Of a stretch of DNA of 64,000 nt, positions 23,193 through 35,106 are shown piece after piece. The notes beneath the pieces are model-generated. The model saw only the letters and a list, made by a program, of their open reading frames with translations. It did not search any database and had not been told where the DNA came from. The stretch covers positions 55,490,001 to 55,554,000 of the forward strand of contig CM060731.1 in the NCBI GenBank assembly GCA_030704615.1, in the 5' to 3' direction. The stretch is from Takakia lepidozioides. Lineage: Eukaryota > Plantae > Bryophyta. Positions within the stretch are counted from its first letter, which is position 1. Every line of letters starts with the position of its first letter. Both the position numbers and the translations under genes were made by a program.

Positions 23193-23910
23193 TGTCGCGC
23201 ACCTCACTTCGGTAAGCTCCCCTTCAAGTCATAGTTACTCGCTTTGATGTGCGCGCCTGACTCCCAACCTGGCCGCCGGGCCAACTTGGAGCTTCGGCTG
23301 CGCACGGGACATAACGGTCCCCCCCTTGCTTCCCTCTACCACTCCACCAATTGGACTGGGATAGGAGAATTCCCTTTGGTAGATGGCAGTCCGGAACAAG
23401 CTCCCACTCTTTGGTCGCTTTCCGGCTCGCTTGCTACTCACTACTTTGTGGTCACCAACGGGCTTGCACCGTTCTCGGGGTTACTACTCCCTATATATAC
23501 TTTTGTAGCTGTCCGCGGGGTCCACAACCAGCCATGCCTTTATGGCGAACCACCACGAAAACCCTCGACTCCTGGTGATGAGTCGCGGTGAGTTTTGGCC
23601 CGCTCACCACGGCCCCTATGGACCGTGATGAGTCCCAAGACTCCCCACGACTCCCACCACGAGGTCTCCGCCCCATGGTGAGTCCTATGCCCCCTCACTA
23701 AGTCCCACTAAGCTACCACCACCCCTTGTGGAGCCACCCCCACCGCAACCTGGTGTGCGGGGCTCCACCTAGTGAGCGCCTCCGCTTCCCTGAGTGCCTT
23801 GGGCCCTCAAGGGTGCTTCAGCCCCATACCTATCGCTGCCGCTGCCCCCACCACAAGGGCAGCCCCTCATGTGTCCCGACCCCCTGCCCTCAAGGCAAAG
23901 GGCCGCGACA
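23193..23910 (-). mobile_element. Solo LTR of the chromovirus family with 5-bp TSD TTCTG
   Basis: TGTCGCG...CGCGACA termini; ttctg at 23188-23192 and 23911-23915; matches the other LTRs. Confidence 0.96.
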
Positions 23911-26419
23911 TTCTGCCATATTCGTGTTCGGCATGTCCGTGTCGGAATCCAAGCACCGCTCCTACAAGGACACAGACAATGGTGAGGAACAATGGAAAGG
24001 TCCGTAATAGAAAGACAATTGCACGAAAATGACAGCATAATACCTCCGCAGTACTGTCCAAACTGTCGATACCGGAAAAGCCACACCCCAACCAGCAGTG
24101 CAAGGCTCCCAGATTGGTTGTCTCATTTGCACCTGACGTGTTCCACCAAGCCTCGATGATAGCAAACTTAACCTCCGCGTTGTCTGCCATGAATCCCCTG
24201 AAATTGGGCTCTGGCAATCCCGCCCTTGCCATCTGCTCGTTTATGCCCTCCCACAGATGCATCTCCGACTGTGTGTCCTCCCTTTCATCTCGCAGATGGC
24301 AATCGTCATGAGCCTCTTGGAGTGATAGTCATAAAACATGCGCACCCATAGTCACCACTGATGGTTTGGTTTGTAATTCGCTTGATGTGATCAAACATCA
24401 CCCAAGCATTCGACAGGTTTCCAGTTGTCATGCGAGTGACCAAGTCGACTCCACTCCCAGGCCCACACGTCGACATTTTAAAAATGTAACAACGATCGGA
24501 TTCGCGCCTTGCCCTGGAAACCTGCTACTTGGATGTAGTCATATCCAGTCATTCGTTTCACCTCCAGGATTGAGTGCATGTCCGACCCCCGGCGAACTCC
24601 TGCTTGCAAGATACGATGTGAGTCCGCACATTCGGACGACAAACGTGCGAGACGGACTCAACAGGTCAAGATCTCCTTTGCACTCGGTCTGAACCATCTT
24701 CAGACATGATTTTTCCAAGAGCAATCTTGTGGGCTGCCTTCAGCTGAATCTGCTTTGATCTTGCTCCGGGGCTCAATTTACATCCCTTTTATGATGTCGT
24801 GTGCTTCCTGCACAGCCTCACGCATGTTGCCTCTCGCCAAGGGGTGGCAGTGGAACCCCAACGTGTATGCAAGCTCTAGTCAAGTCCGGGAGCAAATGGA
24901 TAACGTAATATTGCTTGGCTCTGCACATGGACATGCACGTCGGGGTTCTTTGCAATGTGCGCACTTGAAAGTACCCGCAGGAGCTTGGCTGGAGACAATG
25001 AATGGATGATGCGTTGTGCCAGTCCAATCCATCTCGTTCTCCGCCCTCTTTGGAAAGAAAGTGGAAGCAGGCGGGATTCAGGCACCTCAGCTTCCCCGCA
25101 CAGAGGACGTATCGTACACGAACACCATCAGCAATTTTTGTGCTACGGTCTTCGTTCACACACCAGGGGTGTCCGTCATGCTTTCGATCCATGTCTGTTA
25201 ACATCCCTGAGGCTTTGTTTGAGAGGAGTGACAGGTGGGAACTCGAAAGATGACATTGCCATCGACTTCGGGAGGCAGATACGTTACCTTCCTGACGGAA
25301 ATTTGGCATAGTCGAGAGCAGCCAGCTCGGAGCGAGAACCATCGAGGTGATGTTGCCGTAGGAGCTGCACAATGGACGGGTTGGAGTTATGCTCGAGAGT
25401 AACATGGTAGCACCTGCAGAGACGTCCATGTCGGATTGAAAGACGTGTGGAGGACATGGGGACCTCAATGACTCATCTTCATCGTCGGAAATGTCGAATA
25501 CGTCCACACGAGAAGATATGTTTGGAGGGTCTTGACGGTCCAGGTCGGAAATGATTATCGTTGCATACCTCTCTGTTGGAAGTGGCAGCCTGTCGGTTTC
25601 CGGACTCCTTTGTGGATGTGTGTGGGCAGCGATGATTCGGAAAGGGATGGGCATTCCCACAACTCGTATAGGATGGTGTCTGATGGGGGTACGTGTGTCG
25701 CGGCCCTTGCCTGAGGGCAGGGGGTCGGGACACATGAGGGGCTGCCCCTGTGGTGGGGGCAGCGGCAGCGATAGGTATGGGGGGCTGAAGCACCCTTGAG
25801 TGCCCAAGGCACTCAGGAAGCGGAGGCGCTCACTAGGTGGAGCCCCGCACACCGGGTTGCGGTGGGGGTGGCTCCACAAGGGGTGGTGGTAGCTTAGTGG
25901 GACTTAGTGGGGGTGGCATAGGACTCACCATGGGGGCGGAGACCTCGTGGTGGGAGTCGTGGGGAGTCTTGGGACTCATCACGGTCCATAGGGGCCGTGG
26001 TGAGCGGGCCAAGACTCACCGCGACTCACCACCGGGAATCGAGGGTCTTCGTGGTGTTCGCCATAAAATGGCATGGCTGGTTGTGAAACCCCCGCGGACA
26101 GCTACAGAAGTATATATAGGGAGTAGTAACCCCGAGAACGGTGCAAGCCCGTTGGTGACCAAAAACTAGTGAGTAAGCGAGCGAGCCGGAAAGCGACCAA
26201 AGAGTGGGGAGCTGTTCCGGACTGCCATCTACCAAAGGGAATTCTCCTAGTCCCAAATAGGTGGAGGGTCGAGAGGGTAGTGAAGGGGGACCGTTATGTC
26301 CCGGTGAGCAGCCGAAGCTCCAAGTCGGCCCGGGCGGCCGGGTTGGGAGTCAGGCGCGCGCATCAAAGCGAGTAACTATGACTTGAAGGGGAGCTTACCG
26401 AAGTGAGGTGCGCGACACT

Positions 26420-26431
26420 TGGTATCAGAGC
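26420..26431 (+). promoter_or_regulatory. Primer binding site complementary to initiator tRNA-Met
   Basis: TGGTATCAGAGC 2 nt after the 5' LTR. Confidence 0.95.
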
Positions 26432-26472
26432 TTAGAGTTCAGTTTGCGATCGTCCTTGGGATTGGCCTCATC

Positions 26473-29400
26473 ATGGGGTGGGCAAGCCGAAGCGAAAGCG
26501 GAACGGCCCAAAAGATGATGATCCGGTGAGCCCGATGGGGGCGGCGTGTCACCGAGGCGGCCGTTTGAGGAAGCGATGCAGTTTCCGAAAACGAGGCCGC
26601 CCAAGAGCGGGAGGAATCCGAGGAGTCGGAGCCCGAGGAATCCTTGAGAGCTCCGACAAACCAAGAGATGCCTCCCATGCCGGCAGCCTTTTGGGAAGGG
26701 TTGTTGGCGCAGTTTGGCGGGACGTTGAAAGACGTGTTGAAGGCGGCTAATGCCACTTCCACTAAGGCAAAGTTTAAGGTGAAGCCTAAGGAACCCGGCA
26801 CCTTCGAGGGCGTCCGAAATCGGAAGGCACTCAACACCTGGCTCTTGGAGCTAGAGCAGTACTTCCGGGCGGCCAAGTTGAGTGACGAGGATCGGGTGGA
26901 AGTGGCTCCCACCTATTTGAGGGGCTATGCTCAACAATGGTGGCAGAAACGCCTTCACGACCGAGGTCCAAGTCCGGAAACCTTGAACTGGAGTGGGTTC
27001 AAGGAATTGATGAAGAGACAGTTTGTGCCCCTCAACGCGTCCTGGCTTGCCCGGGACAAGATGAGGAATTTGAAGCAAACAGATGACATTCGGGGGTATG
27101 TCCAGGCTTTCAATGTGCTGTTGCTCGAAGTCGCGGACATGGCAGAACCAGAAATGGTCTTCAACTTTGTGGCGGGACTGGCCCCATGGGCCAGGCGGAA
27201 GTTGGAGGAGAAGCCACCCAAGACTTTGAACGAGGCAATTGAGAGGGCTGAATGTTTCTCGGATGTCCCTAGGGGTGAAAGACAAGGCCGTACGGAGCTG
27301 AACCACAAGAAGATCGGCGGGAAGGTGACTCCTTCCGACCGGAAAAGAAGTGGGATAGGCCACGCGGCGATAATGGCACGTGGAAATCAAGGGAGGGCCT
27401 TCACACGTCAAGGCGGCACCCGGTGCTCCGAAAGGAAAAGCGGGTGGAGCGGCTTATGGCGGACAGAAGGCGACCTTTGATGGAGTGTGTTTCAATTGCG
27501 GGGAGCACGGGCACATGGCCAAGAAGTGCACGAAGCCCCGGCAATTGAACATGACTCGGGCGACCACGGAGCTGTCGGAAGATACCATCAGTCGCTTGGT
27601 GGAAGCGGTGGTCGCCAGGACTTGCAAGGTAAGCAAATTTTCTTGTGAATTGTATCAGGAAACTGGCGCCTTACGAAAAGGGAGTCAGTTATTGTTCGTG
27701 GATGGGATAATATCCGGAACTAATGTGTCGTTGTTGGTGGACACAGGAGCGTCGCACTCCTTCATGACACCGGCAACGGCACAAAAGCTGGGACTCCCGA
27801 CAAATGACGTTGGGGCCTCTATTGAGGTGCGTTCTGCCAAAGAGAACCACAGTTGGCGACAAGGTTGGCGATGATGCTCCTCTTCAACTGGGGAGTTGGG
27901 AGGGACGTGAGAACTTCACCATCTGCGAGATTGATGGAGGGATCTCATTTTGGGGATGACTTTTTTGAGCAAATCCGGAGCGGTCATAGATGGCTGCAAG
28001 AGAGTAGTCACGCTGCCATGTGGGAATGGTGGTGAGGTATTACGAGTGTCTGAAACGCCCAAATCCGTGGGAGGGCGAATAAACCTTCTATCAGCAAAGG
28101 AGTGGGCCGTGGAGGAGCGCACGAGCCCAGTTTTTGCTTTACATTAGAGAAGTGAAAGGAGAAGGCGATGGGGAACCGAGCCCAGATTGGATCAAGGGGA
28201 TTTTGAGAGAAATACCAGGATGTGATGCCGGAGGATTTACCAAGCGGCTTGCCACCGCGAAGAGGAGTTGACCACAAGATTGAGGTGATACCGGGATCGG
28301 AACCGCCTGCCAAGGCGCCCTACCGGTTGAGCCACAGAGAGTTGGTCGAGCTGAAGACTCAGCTCAAGGATCTAATGTCAAAGGGGTACATCCGGCCGAG
28401 TAAGTCACCTTACGGAGCCCCGGTGCTATTTGCAGACAAGAAGGATGGGACGCTGCGGATGTGTGGCGATTACAGGGCTCTGAATAAGGTGACTATCAAA
28501 AACCGGTACCCTTTGCCAAGGATCGACGACCTCTTCGATCGGTTGGCAGGAGCGAAAGTATTTCAGCCGGATCGACTTGCGCTCCGGCTATCACCAAATT
28601 TCGGGTGGCGGAAGGAGATGAGGAGAAGACCGCGTGCAGGACAAGGTATGGTTCATATGAGTTCTTGGTGATGCCTTTGGGCTCACCAATGCACCAGCGA
28701 CATTTAGCACGCTGATGAACAACCTTTTCCAGGAGTGGTTGGATGACTTTGTGATCGTGTACATCGACGACATCTTGGTATACTCAAAACAAAGGAGGAG
28801 CACCTGGAGCACCTCAAAAGGGTGTTTCCAAAAATTGCGAGAAGGGAAGCTGTATGCCAAAGCTTCAAAGTGCAAATTCGGGGTCACGAAAGTGGAGTTC
28901 TTGGGCATGTGATTACACAGGATGGGATCAAAATGGATGACAGAAAGGTGAGGGCGATCTTGGACTGGGAGCCTCCGACTTCGGTCCCAGGAGTGCGATC
29001 CTTCCTAGGACTCGCCTCCTATTACCGGAAGTATGTGAGAAATTTCGCCAAGATTGGGGCCGCTGTCAGACCTTCTGTGTAAATCTAAAGTCTGGGATGG
29101 AACACCTTTGTGGCCAAGCTTTTGCTGAATTGAAGCAGCGGATGGCGGAAGCTCCAGTCTTGAAAATCCCGGAGTTCGATCGTCCATTTGAGATTCATAC
29201 AGATGCGTCGGACTTCGCGATTGGGGGTGTACTTATGCAAGATGGACGTCCAGTGGCTTACGAAAGTAAGAAACTGAATGAAGTGGAGCGACGGTGGCCG
29301 ACGCACGAAAAAAGATGAAGGCGGTGGTGCATTGCCTTGAGCTCTGGCGCCACTATGTTGGTTCCAACCCAGTGAAGGTGTTCACGGACAATGTCATGGT

Positions 29401-31020
29401 GAAGTATTTTGCCACGCAGCCCAAGTTGTCCCCAAAACAACTTAGGTGGCAAGATACTTTGGCAGTGTTCGACGTGGATATCCAGTACAAACCGGGACGG
29501 GACAATGTGGTGGCCGATGCTTTAAGTAGAAAGCAGCAGCTCTTGTTGGTGTACAAGGGCGAGACGGACACTCCAAAGGAAGATCCGGAAGGCTTGCCGG
29601 AAGGATGAGCTGGCGAAGTCCGTGATGCAGGACTTGAGGATGGGGGTTAAATCGCAGTTCCACTTGCAAAATGGACTGCTCCGGTATAAGCAAAAGCGTC
29701 TCTACGTGCCGAAGGGAGGGATCAGGGATAGCCTCTTGAGAGAATGCCATGATAGCCCGCTTGTGGGCCACGGCGGAGCCAAGCGCACTGTGGCACTCTT
29801 GAAGAAAGAATATTTCTGGCCCAAACTGAGGGAGGAGGCAGAGGAGTATGTCAAGACATGCACCACATGCCAACAAAACCGGAGCGAGTACAAAAAGCAA
29901 GCGGGGCTGTTACAACCCTTGCCGATTCCAGAGGGGACTTGGGAAAGCGTCTCGATGGATTTCATGACTGCTATGCCGTTGTCAAAAGGATTCGATGCAA
30001 TCATGGTGGTGGGGATAGGTTCAGTAAAATGGCCATTTCATCCCCACCAAGGAGACGGCAACGGCGCAGGAGACAGGGCGACTTTACTTTGCCCACGTCT
30101 TAAAGCACCATGGAGTCCCGAAGGATATTGTCTCGGATCGTGATCCAAAGTTTACGAGTAAATTTTGGAGGACACTTTGGAAGAAGATGGGGACGAGGCT
30201 GAAGATGAGCACCGCCTTCCGACCTACGACGGACGGCCAAACGGAAAGAGTGAATTCCGTAGTGAAGCAATTCTTGCGGAATTACGTGTCGGCAGACCAA
30301 TCAGACTGGATGGAACACTTAGACGCGACAGAGTTCTGTTATAATAACACATAACACTCCGCAACAGGAGTTTCCCCTTTCGTATTGGTCTATGGAAAAG
30401 CACCTCTGGTGCCGACAAGTTGGGCCGCCCAGGACGTTGAGGAACCGGCAGTAGCGGCGGTATTGGAAGAACGCGAGCGTTTGTTGAAGCTCGCAAAGTA
30501 CAACATTGCCAAAGCTAGGAAACGGTATGAAAGGCAGGCGAATCGGAAGCGGAGGGAAGTGAAGTTTGAGGCAGGCACAGAGGTCTGGTTGAACGTCAAG
30601 AATTTCCGACTACCTCCGGAAGTGAGTCCAAAGTTCGTACCTCCGTATGCGGGACCCTTTCGCATTCGGAAGGTTATGAATGAGGATGTGTATGAATTGG
30701 AGCTGCCGGCAAACAGCAAGGTGCACCCAGTATTCCATGTCTCCCTTTTGAAGCCTTACTTCAAAGATGAAGCGCGTCCGAATCGGCATCAAGTGTTGCG
30801 TCCGCCACCTATGCTGTTGGATCATGAAAATGAACCTGAGTACGAGGTGGAGGCAATACTTAAGTCGAGGAGGTTCAGGAACCGAGAAACGGAGTATCTC
30901 GTCAAATGGAAGGGCTATCATCATGTGGAGGCATCTTGGGTGCGTGCCTCAGAAATGGGAAACGCATCCGAGGCGGTTGCAGCTTTCGAAGGGCGACCTC
31001 AAAAGCGGAAGAAGCGTTGA
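26473..31020 (+). pseudogene. gag-pol: Chromovirus gag-pol (gag, CCHC, PR, RT, RH, INT, chromodomain), multiply frameshifted
   Basis: PKEPGTFEG..YLRGYAQQWW; CFNCGEHGHMAKKC; DTGAS; YIDD; chromodomain in ORF 30385..31020. Confidence 0.95.
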
Positions 31021-33261
31021 TGGGGACATCAACCTTGGAGCGTGGGGGAGGAAACGCATGCTTAGCCCGGTTTAGCTAGCTCAGGAATCCGATTGCAAAA
31101 ACTTGTATTGTACAAAAATTTGTTATAAAGGAAATGGGTTCCAAATATTGTGCGTCCTATTGTGTTTGGAATGGTGATGCATGGTGTGGTTGGCTAGTGT
31201 GTAGAATGCATGCTAGCTTACAAAAGTGGGAGAGGTAAATTGGGTAATCGTGTGTTTGCGTAGTGCCGAAATCGGGTGACTCCCATCCAAGGGGCAAGGA
31301 AACTTGCGCCTTCTTTGGGAGTTCACGTGCTAGTGCGCACCTGGCGCGTGCGCGTACTATAATTGCGCTACCGAGGGGGTTGCCTTGTAGTGCGGGCTAA
31401 CGCGGAAGCTACGTGCTTCTGTTCACGTACTATAATCGTGTAGCCTCGGGACGAAGTCGTAGTGCGGCTTTGGCGTGTTCCCGTACCTCAGGCCAGCATT
31501 CCAAGGCGGACCCAATTGTAGTGATTGGGGCGCACGGTTGGTTCAAGGTTATCTTCCTAGTCAAAGAGGGTTCCAGGTGAACCTTGCTCAAGGTGATGCC
31601 AAAAGCGGCATCATGAGCGATCGCAAGCAATGTTGTTGCAGTAAGGCGATTCGATCCTCGGGGAGGATCGTTCCTTGGCCTTGAAGTAAGCCAAGAAGAG
31701 TGCACTGGGAGGAGCTGGAGAGGCTCCACCCTTGGCCGGGACTTGGAGGAAGTCGGCCGAACTAGCTAGTGGAGAGTAGAGTCAAGTGTGGGGTTTGGTT
31801 CTTTGCCATGGACGCCATGGTACAGAAACAAACTCCTTGATGTGGGACGCCACAACTTGGATGTTCGTTTCTACAAAATGGACAAGTCGATGAGGACATC
31901 GACTCCCTGTTGGTAGGGGTGTGTGTCGCGGCCCTTTGCCTTGAGGGCAGGGGGTCGGGACACATGAGGGGCTGCCCCTGTGGTGGGGGCAGTGCAGCGA
32001 TAGGTATGGGGGGGCTGAGGCACCCTTGAGTGCCCAAGGCACTCAGGGAAGCGGAGGCGCTCACTAGGTGGAGCCCCGCACACCGGGTTGCGGTGGGGGT
32101 GGCTCCACAAGGGGTGGTGGTAGCTTAGTGGGACTTAGTGGGGGTGGCATAGGACTCACCATGGGGCGGAGACCTCGTGATGGGAGTCGTGGGGAGTCTT
32201 GGGACTCATCACGGTCCATAGGGGCCGTGGTGAGCGGGCCAAGAGTCACCGCGACTCGCCACTGGGAATCGAGGGTCTTCGTGGTGATTCACCATAAAAT
32301 GGCATGGCTGGTTGTGAAACCCCAGTGGACAGCTATAGAAGTATATATAGGGAGTAGTAACCCCGAGAACGGTGCAAGCCGTTGGTGACCAAAAACTAGT
32401 GAGTAAGCGAGCGAGCCGGAAAGCGACCAAAGAGTGGGGAGCTGTTCCGGACTGCCATCTACCAAAGGGAATTCTCCTAGTCCCAAATAGGTGGAGGGTC
32501 GAGAGGGTAGTGAAGGGGGACCGTTATGTCCCGGTGAGCAGCCGAAGCTCCAAGTCGGCCCGGGCGGCCGGGTTGGGAGTCAGGCGCGCGCATCAAAGCG
32601 AGTAACTATGACTTGAAGGGGAGCTTACCGAAGTGAGGTGCGCGACAGTACGTGCCATTTGATTCCGCAACCTCCGTCGTTACCTAGCACGACAATGGTC
32701 TCGTCAACCTGTCCAGGAACATCCTTCCTTTCTTCTTCCAAGTAAACTGTGCCCAGTTTGAGGTTGAATTTAGAACAAAGGTAAGTTTCAGTCACTCTGC
32801 AAAGTCCTCCCTCGTTTGGGATCCAAGCTCTCCCAAGTTGCGGAGGACAGCAAACTATAGCGTAGGAATTCGGAGCCATCGAACACCGCATCAAGTTGGC
32901 AAGTGCGAGGTTCTGTATAGCGACAGACAAAGGCTCACAGGCACCATGCGGAGTCCATCGACGATTGGAAGTCGCACATTGAAGTGGAAAGTATAGTTTC
33001 AAGCTACATGCATGAAGGTGGGAGGTGTGATTCCATAGCCAGTAAGTTAGACAATGATGGCCGAATCTGCGACAAAATAACATCTCCTGACAGTTTCTTC
33101 TGAGGGTGGATCCAACAGTATTCTCGGTACGGACAGGAGCGTTCGCACTGACAAGTGCCAGGACTGTTAGTTAAAACGGTCAGACAACCTAGTTGTGCTC
33201 ATCAAGATTGGCCGCAATTCTATTGTTTCGGAACAATGCAACCCATTCAGGTTCAGCATGC

Positions 33262-34820
33262 AGAAATGAGGTTTCAGATTTCCGTCCGGAGTGATTCTTT
33301 CGATTGCTGCTGGACGAAAATACGGAGCCGCATTTCCGTATTGCGTCTTGGTCATGCACCAGAGCGCCGAAAATGCGGCACCGAGTTTCCGTCCGGGGGA
33401 AACCTTTACACTCTCCAGAATGGAAATGCGGTAACGCATTTCCATCCAGCAAGCACGGTATATTAAGGTGGAACGGAAATGCGGTACCGCATTTCTGTTC
33501 TGATTGAGAATCATGAACAAAGGGAACAGAAATGCGGCACCGCATTTCCGTCCGAGTCGCACTTTCCGACATTCCAGAACGGAAATGCGGCGCCGCATTT
33601 CCGCCCGGGTGAGACCTTCATACTCTCCAGAACGGAAATGCGGTAACGCATTTCCATCCAGCAAGCACGGTATGTGAAGGTGGAACGGAAATGCGGTACC
33701 GCATTTCCGTTCTGATTGAGAATTATGAACAACGGGAACAGAAATGCGGCACCGCATTTCCGTCCGAGTCGCACTTTCCGACATTCCAGAACGGAAATGC
33801 GGCGCCGCATTTCCGTTTTGTATCTGATGCATGGAGCCGAGTGCAATTCCGATCGCTTGAGACAGCGCAATTCCGACCGCTTCAGACATTCATACTATCC
33901 AGAACGGAAATGAGGTACCGCATTTCCGTTCTGACTGTAAATCGTGAACCATCGGAACTGAAATGCGGCAGCGCATTTCCATCCGAGTCGCACCTCCCTC
34001 ACAAGCTAGAACGGAAATGCGGCACCGCATTTCCGTTCTTATGAAAAATCGTGAAACATCGGAACTGAAATGCGGTACAACATTTCCGTCGGAGTCGCAC
34101 CTTCCGACATTCCAAAACGGAAATACGGCGCCGCATTTCCTTTTTGTATGTGAGGCATAGAGCTTTGGAACGAAAATGCGGCACCGCATTTCCGCCAGGG
34201 TCAGACCTTAATACTCTACAGAACGGTAATGCGGTACCGCATTTCCGTTCTGACTGAAAATCGTCAACAGCAGGAACAGAAATGCGTCGCAACTTCCGAA
34301 ATTCTAGAACGGAAATGCGACGCCGCATTTCCATCCATGTGAGACCTTCAAACTTTCCAGACCGGAAATGCGGCACCGCATTCCCGTTCAGCTGAGACCT
34401 CTATACTTTCCCGAACGGAAATGTGGCACGGCATTTCCGTTCATCAATTAAGGTATGTGAAGGGGGAACGGAAATGCGGTACCGCATTTCCGTTCAGATT
34501 GAAAATCAATAACCACGGGAACTGAAATGTTGTGCCGCATTTCCGTCCGGATCGCACGTTTCGACATTCTAGAACGGAAATGCGGCGCCGCATTTCCGTT
34601 TTGTATCTCATACATGGAGCTGTTGGACGGAAATGCGACACCGTATTTCCGTTCAACAACTAAGGTATGTGAAGGTGGAACGGAAATGCGGTGCCGCATT
34701 TTCTTCCAACAAGCACGGATGTGTAGCTTTGTGATGGTACTTAACGGAAATGCGGCGCCGCATTCGCATTTTCACTCCAACTCCAAATTTGAACGCGTGG
34801 AGCAACGGAATTGCGGCACA
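33262..34820. repeat. Array of ~29 B-type palindromes AACGGAAATGCGG-YR-CCGCATTTCCGTT at 53-bp period, between the divergent transposase and ParB-MTase genes
   Basis: Copies at 33369, 33422, 33475, 33528, 33581, 33634, 33687, 33740, 33793 and onward; ~25-bp spacers of about five recurring types; a 212-bp higher-order duplication is visible. Confidence 0.97.
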
Positions 34821-35106
34821 TGTCTGCACTCTATCTGACTGAAGTGGCATGAGGCGGCGCGGCCTGACCGTTGGATAATGATGTTTGTTTTTCGGACGGC
34901 AGGCGTATCGTGAACGATTCGAATTTCGTAATGACGCAAAGTCCACGAGGAGACACTTTCTTCCAACCCTTTCGAACCCAAGTGCTGCATCACCGCCGTT
35001 TCATCTGCTTTTGTTGTGTCTCCTCAGTCACCCCTCTCGCGCCCTTTCCATCTACACTCTTCGCCACTTTTCCCTGTCTCTTTTCTTCTTATGTTCGAAC
35101 CTGAGA

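Larger units (their letters stand above)
25696..32647 (+). mobile_element. Full-length Ty3/Gypsy chromovirus (possibly Galadriel/Tcn1-like); LTRs 25696-26417 and 31924-32647
   Basis: Near-identical LTRs with TG..CA ends, PBS, PPT ggtaggggtgtg before the 3' LTR, flanking duplication gtacg(tg). Confidence 0.97.
21825..33083 (-). pseudogene. Element B transposase (N-terminal domain, GCM-like, DDE, SWIM), split by two LTR insertions, with an internal deletion
   Basis: Pieces 32648-33083, 23911-25695 and 21825-23192: MDRKHDGHPWC..CAGKLRCLNPAC; MFDHIK; FRGFMADNAE; MPNTNMAE|.VHSSW (catalytic E); SWIM YTITISELPTCNCTDF..CPCKHLYYV; CxxH segment is absent relative to element A. Confidence 0.82.

Noticed and set aside
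33262-34820. CRISPR array (also 14637-15780, 39201-40232 and 4241-5207)
   Set aside because: Spacers recur as a few types and in higher-order duplications, no cas genes are present, and the context is a eukaryotic intron-containing transposon
33155-34993. Numerous ORFs with MRCRISV/KCGTAFP/GNAAPHF repeats (also 14582-15944 and 39097-40385)
   Set aside because: Translations of the palindromic array in all six frames; no evidence of coding
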